Positions 33,130-44,659 of a stretch of 64,000 nt of DNA are shown here, in pieces. Each line of letters begins with the position of its first letter. Position 1 is the first letter of the stretch. The translations under genes were made by a program, and so were the position numbers. Below the pieces are notes generated by a model, which did no database searches, had not been told where the DNA came from, and was given only the letters and a program-made list of their open reading frames with translations. The stretch comes from Chrysemys picta bellii (lineage: Eukaryota). The DNA is taken from contig NC_088803.1 of NCBI RefSeq assembly GCF_011386835.1, forward strand, positions 5,456,001 through 5,520,000, written 5' to 3'.

Positions 33130-33430
33130 CTGCATGAACCGAGGAGTCCTGGCTCCCCTCCCCCCTGTTCTAACCACCAGACCCCACTCCCCTCCCAGAG
33201 CCAGCTGGGAACCCAGGAGTCCGGGCTCCCAGCCCCCCTGCTCTAACCACCAGACCCCACTCCCCTCCCAGAGCCAGCCGGGAACCCAGGAGTCCTGGCC
33301 CCCAGCCCCCCCTGCTTAAACCACCAGACCCCACTCCCCTCCCAGAGCCAGCCGGGAACCCAGGAGTCCTGGCCCCCAGTCTCCCCCGCTTTAACCACCA
33401 GACCCCACTCCCCTCCCAGAGCCGGGAGGA
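33130..33430. repeat. Dispersed/tandem ggagtcctggctccc...accagaccccactcccctcccagag repeat (related copies near 1255-1350, 18020-18160, 23720-23900, 43940-44170)
   Basis: Three to four tandem units of about 75 bp; the same core recurs across the window. Confidence 0.75.
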
Positions 33431-34476
33431 TCCCAAGCGTCCAGGCCCCACAATGAGGCAGAGGTTTGTATTTTACAAAATAAAGTGTTTATTACGAAAT
33501 TATAACATGGGCGCTCCCCCCTCCCCTCGAACACAATAGTATGTTCCCCCACCCCCACACAATGGCACCTCCCCACCCACCCCCAATATCCCGTGACATT
33601 AAAAGTCCCAATGCAGAATCCACAGGGGGGGGAGGGGGCAGGGGGATCTAGTGGATCTGGGGGAGCAGCAGGGTCTGGTGGATCCTAGATGTGTGGGGGT
33701 CCAAGCCCCCACAATCCCCTGGGATTTCCTGGGGCTCCCCTGGCTGGGGGGTGGCAGGATGCCACGTTGGGGGTGGGGCTCAGCCTGAGGGGGGGCTGGA
33801 TACAGCATTAATCAGGGGCGGGGGGTCACAGTCGGTCACAGTGGGTGAGCAGCCATGGGGGGGCAGGGAAAGGAGGGAACGGGTGGGAGGGGGGCTGATC
33901 ACCCAATGAGGGGAACACACCCAGTGAGTGGGGGGAGCACAGGCGGGCGGGGGGAGGAGAGACGGATGGACACAGGACAAAGGCCGAGCGGAGGGTAGGT
34001 GGGGGGGGCGAAGCACTGAGGGGGAGGCAGGGCTGCAGGGGCCATGGGACTGAGAAGGGGTGTGGCTAGAAGTGGGAGTGGCCTGCTTGGGGGCGTGGTT
34101 AGGAGAGTGCGTGGGCCTGCAGGTGCGGCCATGGCGTGGTCTGGTGCTGGGCATGGTCTCACTGGCATGACCTAGAGGGAGGGTTGTGGCCTCAAAGGTG
34201 TGGTTGGGAAGTGGGTGTGGACCCACGGCATGGGTGGGAGGTGGGCGTGGCCTTGTGGACGTGGCTGCAGGTGGGTGTGGCCTAACTGGCATGACCTGGG
34301 GTGGGAGGCCTCTCAGGTGCGGCTGGGAAGTGGGCGTGGTCAGGTGGGACGCCCATGGCATGGCTGGAAGGTGGGCGTGACCTTTCTGGCATGACCGAGA
34401 GGGAGGGGGCGTGGCCTCTCAGGAATGGCTGTGAAGTGGGCATGGTCCCATGGCATGGCTGGAGGTGGGCGTGGCC

Positions 34477-37400
34477 TCAGGCGGGTCCCTCTTGGCCCCC
34501 GTAGAGCTCGGCCAAGGTGCGAAAGAGGGGCCCCCACTCACCAGGGTCGCCCCCCTCCCCCTCGCTGTCCCCCCAGGAGGAGCCCAGGGGGCTGAGGCTG
34601 CCACAGGGTGTCCCCCCGCCCTCGTAGCCATAGACCTGCAGCGAGTCGTAGGGGGGGGCCCGGGGGTCGGCGTCGGCCCGGCCCAGGCGGGCGGCGAGGC
34701 AGGTGGCTAGGCGGGGGGGGCCAGAGGGGAGTCCGGGGGGGGGCGGACGCTGCAGAGCAGCCATGTCAAAGGCCTGGGTGTCGGCCTCGCCCCCCCCCTC
34801 GTCATCGTAGCTGATGATGTTCTCACGCACCTCGCCCTCCTCCGCCGGCGTCATCCGCGCCCCCCCCTTGGGGCGCCCCCGGGCCAGGAGCCCTGCCAGC
34901 GCTGGGGGGAGAGGGGGGGTCAGTGCCAGGCCCCCAGAGCCCCTCCCATCCCCCACCTGACCCCAGAGCCCTCCCCCTGGCTTCCCTTCCCCGTCCCACC
35001 CCTGCCTTGGGGCATCCCTGGGCTAGGAGCCCTGCCAGCGCTGGGGGGAGGGGGGGGGTCAGTGCTGGGCCCCCAGAGCCCCTCCCATCCCCCACCTGAC
35101 CCCCAGAGCCCTCCCCCTGGCTTCCCTCCCCCGTCCCACCCCCGCCTTGGGGCGCTCCCGGGCCAGGAGCCCTGCCAGCGCTGGGGGGAGGGGGGGGTCA
35201 GTGCCAGGCCCCAGAGCCCCTCCAATCGCCCACCTGACCCCCAGAGCCCTCCCCCGGCTTCCCTCCCCCATCCCACCCCCCGCTTGGGGCGCCCCCGGGC
35301 CAGGAGCCCCGCCAGCGCTGGGGGGAGGGGGGGGTCAGTGCCAGGCCCCAGAGCCCCTCCCATCCCCCACCTGACCCCCAGAGCCCTCCCCCTGGCTTCC
35401 CTACCCCGTCCCACCTCCGCTTTGGGGCACCCCCAGGCCAGGAGCCCTGCCAGCGCTGGGGAGAGAGGGGGGGTCAGTGCCAAGCCCCCAGAGCCCCTCC
35501 TGCCCCTCCCCTCCCCTCCCCTTTCCTGCACCCCCTGTGCCCCCCAGGCCGCACCCCCCCTCACCGAGCAGGCTGGCGCCGCAGCCCAGGATGGCCAGCA
35601 GGGCGGCGGTGCTGAGCCCTGGGGCGGCGCCGGTGGCAAGGGGGGGCTGGCAGGAGCGCAGGGCGCCGTCGGGCCGGCACTGGCAGACGCTTAGTGTCAG
35701 GGTGGGGGTGCCGGTCAGGGGGGGGCGTCCGCCATCCACCAGCTCCAGGGGCACCAATAGGGGGGGTCCACCCGGGGGGGACAGCCGCGGGGTCCGGAGC
35801 AGGAGAGCGGCCGAGCCATCTGCGGGGGAGAGACACAGAGAGTAAGGGAGGAAGTTGGGGGAGGGGTGGTGAGCACAGGGGAGGGGGACACCGTGGGGGA
35901 CCGGGGAAGGGGTGGTGAGCACAGGGGAGGGGGACACCGTGGGGGGACCGGGGAAGGGGTGGTGAGCACAGGGGAGGGGGACAGCATGGGGGGCCAGGGA
36001 AGGGGTGTGGGGCAGCTGGCAGAGGTGAGGAGCGCAGGAATGAGGTGGGGCTGGTGGAGGGGTGGGGAAGGGAGGGAGCACAGGGGGAGGGGGACAGCAT
36101 GGGGGGACCACTCTCACCCTCGTTGTCCCGCACAGTGAGGTCAGAGGGTCCCAGCCCCGGCGGGGAGCGAATCGTCACCCGGCTCCCGGCCCCCGCCTCG
36201 TCCCGGTCCAGGGCCCAGATGGTCTGGATCAGCTGTGGGGGGAGGAGAGCGTGAACCCAGGTGTGCTGGCTCCCAGCCCCCACCCCCACTGCACCCCTCT
36301 CAGCCCGGGCAGGGAGGGCCCCAGGCGTCCGGGTGCTCACCTGGCCGGGCGCGGTGCCGTGGCAGATGAAGGGCTCGGTCCCTGGCGCCAGCTCAGGCAC
36401 GTTGTCGTTCACGTCCAGGGCATGGACAACCACTGGGACGGGCGCAGCCTGCGCCGGGCTGTCTGGAGCAAGAGACGGGGAGGGGCACGCGGCCAGCGCG
36501 GCCACACGCGGAAACACGCCAGCCATGCACAACCACACACCAGCCACACACGGAAACATGCCAGCCATGCACAACCACACGCCAGCCACACACACAAACA
36601 CGCCAGCCACACACAAGCACATGCCAGCAACACGTCAGCCACATGCAGAAACACCAGCCATGCACAACCACATGCAGAAACACACCAGCCACACGTGGAA
36701 ACATGCCCGCCATGCACAACCACACACCAGCCACACACGGAAACATGCCAGCCATGCACAACCACACGCCAGCCACACACAGAAACACGCCAGCCACACA
36801 CAAGCATATGCCAGCAACACGTCAGCCACATGCAGAAACACACCACCCACACGTGGAAACATGCCAGCCATTCCAGAAACATGTCAGCCATGTGCAGAAA
36901 CACGCCGAGTAGCACGCAATGACACACAGCAACACCAGCACACATGCAGCCAACACAGAACATGCAGCCCATGTGCAAAGCACGTGTCAGTCCACACATG
37001 GCCAATAGGTAATGATGCACAAGCGGTGCACCAGCCCCACAGCACCAGCAATATGCCGCCAACACGCAAAGCCCACGTGCATCCGGGGCCAGCCGCCACC
37101 CAGCCAATAGGCAGCCATAACAGCCAACACACGCAAACCATACCCACACACAACCAACACGCAGCCCAGACCCATACACAGCCACACATGATGCACATGC
37201 AGCCCCCACACCGCCACAGGCAAAACACCAGGGGAGAGCAGGCGCCCACAGATGACAGCGAGCCCACACGCCACCGACACGCAAAGAACATGCCAATGAC
37301 AAGCAAACACCACATCACCAACATGCAGACACAGGGAGGGGGAGAAAAGGCCGGTGAATACATACTAAGGCAAACCAGAGCTGTCAGGGCCCCCTGCACG

Positions 37401-40400
37401 GGCAGCTGTCCCGCACTGGGCCCCCCCAGACCTCCCCTGCCCCTCCCCCAGTCAGCTCCCCTGGGCAGCCACCCCCAGCTGGGCCCCCCTTACCTAGTTC
37501 GGTGGCCACCACGGTCAGGTTGTGCCAGGCCAGCGTCTCCCTGTCGAGGGGCAGGGCCGTGCGGAGGGTCCCGTCCTGGGGGCTGATGCTGAAATACCGC
37601 CCGGGGTCCGAGTGGGGCAGGATGGAGTATCTGGGGGAGCAGCGAGAGATGAGGGGGTGAGGGGGTCTCATGTGTCCCCTGCTGGGAGCTCCCCCCATGG
37701 CCAGCGCCCCCATCGCTCCCCAGGACCCGCTGCTGGGAGCTCCCCCCACGGCCAGCGCCCCTGTCGCTCCCCAGCACCCCCCGCTGGGAGCTCCCCCCAC
37801 GGCCAGCGCCCCCATCGCTCCCCAGCACCCCCTGCCGGGAGCTCCCCCCACGGCCGGCGCCCCCGTCGCTCCCCAGCACCCCCTGCTGGGTGCTCCCCCC
37901 ATGCCCCACTGTGCCCCCTGCTGGGCATGGCCGGTACCGGATGGTGCTGCTGGGTGTGTCCAGGTCGGAGGCTGTGATCTTCCCCACCACGGTGCCGGGG
38001 GGGCTGTTCTCGGGGACACCCAGCTGGTAGCTGGGCCGGGCGAAGGCCGGGGGCTCGGCCGCATCCTCCACGGTCACGTGCACGGTGGCCACGTCCTTGA
38101 AGGGCCCCTGACGGATGTACAGCGGGTCGACCCGCGTGTTGGCTGCCTCCACCCGCAGGGCGTACGCCTGGCGCCGCTCGAAGTCCAGCGGCTGGGGGGA
38201 AACGGAGGGTTAGCAGCCAGTCTCGGGGGGTGATCGGGGGGTGACAGCCAGTCTCGGGGGGGTGATCGGGGGGTTAGCAGCCAGTCTCGGGGGGTGATCG
38301 GGGGGTGAGCAGCCAGTCTCGGGGGGTGATCGGGGGGTGAGCAGCCAGTCTCGGGGAGGGATGACAGGGGGGTAAGCAGCCAGTCTCAGGGGGGTGATCG
38401 GGGGGTGAGCAGCCAGTCTCGGGGGGTGATCGGGGGGTTAGCAGCCAGTCTCGGGGGGTGATCGGGGGTGAGCAGCCAGTCTCGGGGGGTGATCGGGGGT
38501 GAGCAGCCAGTCTCGGGGGGGTGATCGGGGGGTGAGCAGCCGGTCTCGGGGAGGGATGACGGGCGGGTTAGCTGCCGGTCTCTGGCGGGGGGGGATGGGG
38601 GGGTTAGCCCGGGGCGGCTCCAGGCACCAGCGCACCAAGCGCATGCCTAGGGTGGCCAGCCGCGGGGGGTGGCCCGCTGGTCGCTGTGGGGGCGGAAGTC
38701 AGGGAGCCTCCGGCGGCGCACATGCAGGAGGTCTGCTGGTCCCACAGCTGCAGCGGCAATTCGGCGGCGGGTACGCCGAAGCCGCGGCACCAGCAGACCT
38801 CCCGCAGGCGCGCAGCCGAAAGCCGCCTGACTGCCGTGCTTGGGGCGGCAAAATACATAGAGCCGCCCCTGGGGTTAGCAGCCGGTCTCAGGGGGGATGG
38901 GACGGGGGGGGGGGGTAGCAGCCGGTCTCGGGGGGGGGTGACGGGGGGGTTAGCAGTCAGTCTCAGGGGGGATGACGGGGGGGTTAGCAGTCAGTCTCAG
39001 GGGGGGTGACGGGGGGGTTAGCAGCCGGTCTCAGGGGGGATGGGACGGGGGGGGTTAGCAGCCGGTCTCAGGGGGGGTGATGGGGGGGTTAGCAGCCGGT
39101 CTCAGGGGGGGTGACGGGGGGGTTAGCAGTCAGTCTCAGGGGGGGTGACGGGGGGGTTAGCAGCCGGTCTCAGGGGGGATGGGACGGGGGGGGTTAGCAG
39201 CCGGTCTCAGGGGGGGTGATGGGGGGGTTAGCAGCCGGTCTCAGGGGGGGTGACGGGGGGGTTAGCAGCCAGTCTCAGGGGGGGTGATGGGGGGGTTAGC
39301 AGCCGGTCTCAGGGGGGGTGACGGGGGGGTTAGCAGCCAGTCTCAGGGGGGATGGGACGGGGGGGTTAGCAGCCAGTCTCAGGGGGGATGGGACGGGGGG
39401 GTTAGCAGCCGGTCTCAGGGGGGATGGGACGGGGGGGGGTTAGCAGCCGGTCTCGGGGGGGATGGGACGGGGGGGGTTAGCAGCCGGTCTCGGGGGGGTG
39501 ATGGGGGGGTTAGCAGCTAGTCTCAGGAGGGGTGATGGGGGGGTTAGCAGCCGGTCTCGGGGGGGATGGGACGGGGGGGGATTAGCAGCCAGTCTCGGGG
39601 GGGTGACGGGGGGGTTAGCAGCCCGTCTTGGGGGGGGTCACGGGGGGGTTAGCAGCCAGTCTCAGGGGGGTGACGGGGGGGTTAGCAGCCGGTCTCAGGG
39701 GGGACAGGACGGGGGGGTTAGCAGTCAGCCCCAAGGGGAGGACTCCAGCCTGGGAAAGGGGCCATTGGGCAGCTGAATGGCAAAGGGACCCAGGCATCCG
39801 GGAATGGGGGTAGGGAAACGGGGCACCAAGACAGGTAGACAGGGAGGGCACGGTGGGACCCCGGCGTCTGAGCAGGATGGGGTTGGGTAGCTCGACAGGA
39901 CCTTGGGGACGGGGGGTAGCTGGATGGGACCCCTGGGTCTGGATGAGATGGGGGAGCTGGGGCAGGACCCTGGCTTCTGGGCAGTGGGGTGGGGACCCCA
40001 GGGTCTGGGGGAGGGGAGGGGACTTGTGGGGATCCTGGCGTCTGAGCAGGTGGGTGTGGCTCCTGGGAGGCTCGTGGGGACCCAGGCGTCCAGGTGGGTG
40101 ACTCGCTGGGACTCAGGCGTCCGGGCAGCGCACCTGACTGATGGTGAGGATGCCGTCCCGGCCCAGCGGGTCAGTGCTGATGGCGAAGGGCCCATCCCCG
40201 TCCAGCAGCCGGTAGCTCAGCCGCGCGTTGTCCCCCTCGTCCGGGTCGTGGGCCCGGAGCCGCCCCACGGGAGAGCCAGGTGGCAGCGTCTCCAGCACCG
40301 AGAATTGGTAAGAATCTGCCAGGGGGCCGGGGGTCAGCCAGAGAGAGACGCCCCTGAGCCAGCCCCTGCCCCAGCACCTTCTGCCTTGCGACCCACAGCC

Positions 40401-41340
40401 TCCCCATTGCGAGCCCCCCCCCACAGCCAGTGCCCCGTGCACCCCATAGCACACCCTACTGGGAGCCCACACGCAGCCAGTGCCCCCCCAGTAAACAGAA
40501 GGGAGGTGAAAGGTGGAGAGGGAAGCTGCGAGGGAGAGGGGAGGGAAGGGGAAGTGATGGGCGGTTGTGGGTGTGATGGGGAGGAGTTAAAGGCGAAGGG
40601 AGGGGCACAGGCACAGGGATTGTGGTTTTGGGGGTGGGGCAGGTTGGGGAAATGGGGTTGGGGTAGAGAGGGTTGGGGGCACAGTCGCTTGGGGATACAG
40701 GGTGGGCAGGGTGGGTGGTAAGATCTGGGGGTGATACGTGAGGCTGGGTCCAGGGGCTGAGGAAGAAAAGGGGGCACAGGTCTGGGTTGGGGGGCAGGGG
40801 GTTGAGTACATGAGCAGGGCAGGAGGGGGAGTCTAGGGGTGTGGAGGAGGGACAGGGGTGTTGGTACAGGGGCCGCAGATGGGCTACAGTGGACCGGGGG
40901 GGAGACAGGGGGTCTCTTACTCTGGGGGAATTTGGGCGGATTGTCATTGACGTCGCTCAGGGTGACAGTGACAGTGACACTCCCCGACAGCCCCCCGGCG
41001 TGGCCCCCCATGTCCTTAGCCTGGATCACCACCAGCAGCTCAGCCTGCGCCTCCCGGTCCATGTTGGGGATCGCAGTGCGCACCACGCCTGCCATGGGAG
41101 AGAGGGAGCAGTTAGAGACCAAGGGGGCAATGGATGGATGGACGAACGGATGGACGAATGAATGGATGGATGGATGGGTGGGTGGATGGGTGGGGTGTTG
41201 GACGGATGGACAGATAGATGGACGGGCGGACGAGTGGATGGATGGACGGCTGTCTGGCTGTCTGGGGCATTGGACGGATGGGTGGAGGGATGGACGGACG
41301 GACGGTGGATGGATGGATGGACGAACGGATGGACGAATGA

Positions 41341-41372
<32 letters not shown>

Positions 41373-44300
41373 GGTGTTGGATGGACGGACAGATAGATGG
41401 ACGGGCGGACGAGTGGATGGATGGACAGCTGGCTGGCTGGCTGGGTGGGGCATTGGACGGACGGGTGGAGGGATGGATGGACGGGTGGATGGATGGATGG
41501 ACGGCTGTCTGGCTGGGGCGTTGGACGGATGGACGGACGGATAGGTGGATGAGGCGATGGACGGACGGGTGGATGGATGGATGGATGGACGAGTGGATGG
41601 ATGGACGGCTGCCTGGCTGGATGGGTGGGGTGTTGGACGGATGGACGGGCGGATGTGTGGATGGATGGACGGCTGGGTGGGTGGATGGATGGGTGGGGTG
41701 TGGACGGACGGACAGATAGATGGACAGGCGGAGGAGTGGATGGATGGACGGCTGGCTGGCTGGCTGGCTGGGTGGGGCGTTGGACAGACGGATGGACGGG
41801 TGGATGAGGCGATGGACGGACGGGTGGGTGGATGGATGGATGGACGGACAGACAAACGGATGGATGGACGGATGAACGGATGGATGCATGGCTGGACGGC
41901 TGGATGGATGGATGGGGCGTTGGACGGATGGACGGATAGATGGACGGGTGGACAAGTGGCTGGCTGGCTGGCTGGGTGGGGCGTTGCACGGACGGACAGA
42001 CGGGTGGATGGACGGACGGTGGATGGATGGACAGCTGGGTGGATGGATGGGTGGGGCGTTGGACGGATGGACGGACGGACGGGTGGATGAGGCGATGGAC
42101 GGACGGGTGGATGGACGGATGGATGGATGGCTGGGTGGACGGACAGATGGACGGACGGACAGATGGATGGGTGGGTGGATGGATGGATGGGTGGGGTGTT
42201 GGACGGACAGACAGATAGATGGACGGGCGGACGAGTGGATGGATGGACGGCTGGCTGGGGCGTTGGACGGACGGGTGGAGGGATGGACGGATGGACGGCT
42301 GGCTGTCTGGGTGGGGCGTTGGACGGACGGACGGGTGGATGAGGCGATGGACGGACGGGTGGATGGATGGGTGGGGCGTTGGACGGATGGGTGGAGGGAC
42401 GGACGGACGGATGGACGGGTAGATGGATGGACGGCTGGCTCGTTGGCTGGGTGGGGCGTTGGACGGATGGACGGATAGATGGACGGGCGGATGAGTGGAT
42501 GGATGGGTGGGGTGTTGGATGGACGGACGGACGGGTGGATGAGGCGATAGAGGCCGCTGCTGAGGGAGGACACTCACAGACACACACAGGGAAGCCACAG
42601 AAGCCATGATCAGGGGCAGGTGGGTTCGAGAGGGGCAGAGGAGACCCAACTCCAGGCATGGCACAGACACACAGGGGATGGGAGATGAACACAGGGGGGC
42701 CCCACATCACCCCCCACATCAAACACCCCCCACTTCCTCCCCCCCCCAACACCAACCCCATATGGCCCATCTGCATCCCAACCCCCCAGCAGGCTTCACC
42801 CCCCCACACCTGCCCTGGCAGCGTCTGCCCGTACCGCTCTGGGGGTCGACGGAGAAGAAGGGCAGCCCCTCCAGCACCATGTACACCAGCTTGGCACTGT
42901 TCCCGTAGCTCGGGTCGTCAGCGTCATGGGCCGTCACCTGGATCACGGATGTGCCTGGGGGGAGAGCACAGTGAGGTGGGTGGGCTGCGGGTCGGGAGTG
43001 AGGGGCACCGGCAAAGCTGGTGCGGGGCAGGGCAGGGCTAGCAGGGGCTGCAGGTCAGGAGTGTGGGGCACCAGCAGAGCTGCGGGGGCAGGGCAGGGCT
43101 AGCAGGGGGCTGCGGGTCAGGAGTGTGGGGCACCGGCAGAGCTGCGGGGTCAGGGCTGGACTAGCAGGGGGCTGCGGGTCAGGAGTGAGGGGCACTGTCC
43201 GGGCGGGGGGGGGCTAGCAGGGGCTGCGGCTCGGGAGTGAGGGGCACCAGTAGGCTGGCCCAGGCGGGCGCACTCACCCACGTTGCTCATCTCGGGCACA
43301 GTGGCATGGTAGGGGCCGTGCGGGAAGACGGGTGGGTTGTCGTTGATGTCCTGCACTTTGATGATGAACTCGGAGGGCGGTTCCAGGGGCCGGTTCGAGG
43401 CCCGGTCCACGGCCTGAGCCAGCAGCGTGTATTGGGCCTTCTCCTCCCGGTCCAGCGTCTTGGTCACGTGCACGTTCCCCGTCCGTTCGTCGATCACAAA
43501 CACCGTCCCAGCCCCCTCGCCTGTCAGCACGTACTTGACCCGCCCCTCACCCCGGTCCACGTCCGAGTGCAGCTGGGGGGAGAGGGGCGTGTAGGACCCA
43601 GGTGTCCAGGCTTGCGGCCCTCTGAAGGACCCGCTCCCTTCCCAGATCCAGGCACAGGAGCGGTGTCAGGGTTTTTGCCACCCTAGGCAGCATCTCCTCC
43701 TCAGAGCATTCGGTGGAGGGGGGTCCTTCCACTCCGCGTCTTCGGGGCGCTTTGGCAGCAGGTCCCGGAGTGAGTGAAGGGCCTGCCGCCGAATTTCCAC
43801 CGAAGACCTGGAGCAGGAGGACCCCCCGCCACTGATTTTTTCCGCTCAGGGCAGCAAAATGCCGCCCCCCAAATCCTGCCGCCCTCGGCGATTGCCTAGG
43901 GTCGCCTAGTGTAAGCACCGGCCCTGTCCAGGCAGAGACCCCAGGAGTCCTGGCTCCCAGCCACCCATGCTCTAACCACTAGACCCCACTCCCCTCCCAG
44001 GGCCGGGGATAAAACCCAGGAGTCCTGGCTCCCAGCTCCACACCCGCTCTAATCACAAGACCCTGGCTCGCATCCCTTCCAGAATACCCAGGTGTCCAGG
44101 CCCTCCCCCGACCCATGGGACCCAGGTATCTGGGCCCTTCCTCCACCCACAGGACCCAGGTGTCCGGGTGCTCACCCTGCCGATGAGGACAGGCTCAGGG
44201 CCGGCATACTCCTCGATGACGAAGAATTGGTTCCAGACCCAACTGCGTCGGGATCTCAGCAGGGGGCGTTCCCAGCCCTGGGGTGGGGCCCCCCGGGAGC

Positions 44301-44379
44301 CCGGCCAGGGGGGACCCAGGCGTCCGGCGCAGCCGCAACCCCCCAGCCAGGCCAGCAGGAGCCCCAGGACACTGGGCAT
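34477..44379 (-). CDS. CDH24: Cadherin-24 (type II classical cadherin), 11 coding exons, 758 aa
   Basis: Exons 44176-44379, 43278-43572, 42835-42954, 40921-41088, 40134-40315, 37938-38191, 37494-37630, 36341-36462, 36118-36232, 35565-35819 and 34477-34901. Total 2277 nt, in frame, all GT-AG. Motifs RSRR|[50 protein letters not shown]. PolyA signal 33488-33493; non-coding exon donor at 45839. Confidence 0.93.
34862..35480 (-). repeat. About 138-bp tandem repeat of the CDH24 last-exon acceptor plus first 41 exon nt (5 copies)
   Basis: CTGACCCCCCC...CCCCAG|CGCTGGC at 35455, 35317, 35180, 35040 and 34901 (true site). Confidence 0.9.
36500..37330. repeat. CA-rich (sense strand UG-rich) repeat in the CDH24 intron
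   Basis: ccagccacacacggaaacatgccagccatgcacaacca units. Confidence 0.85.
38210..39722. repeat. About 32-35-bp minisatellite in the CDH24 intron
   Basis: gggggttagcagccggtctcagggggggtgac units, roughly 45 copies. Confidence 0.92.
41128..42545. repeat. Complex (GGAT/GGAC)n microsatellite in the CDH24 intron
   Basis: tggatggacggacgg... over 1.4 kb. Confidence 0.95.
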
Positions 44380-44659
44380 GTTGCCTGCTGACGCCGCCTC
44401 CTGGGTGGGGCGCTGCCCATGGGCCCCCGTCCAGCTACCCCATTGGGGGGGCACCTGGGGGGAGACAGGGATCAGCTATGGAGAGTGACACCCTGGAGCC
44501 CCTCCCCCTCCCAGACCGCCGGGTTGTCAGGACATTCACCCTGAGCAGGCGGCGGGGTGGGGGAGAAAAAGGGAGCGGAGACTTGGGAGAACCACAGAGA
44601 AACCAGCGTCCGGTGCGATGAGCTTCCAGGTCTCAGCAGAGAATCGAACAGAGCAGGGG

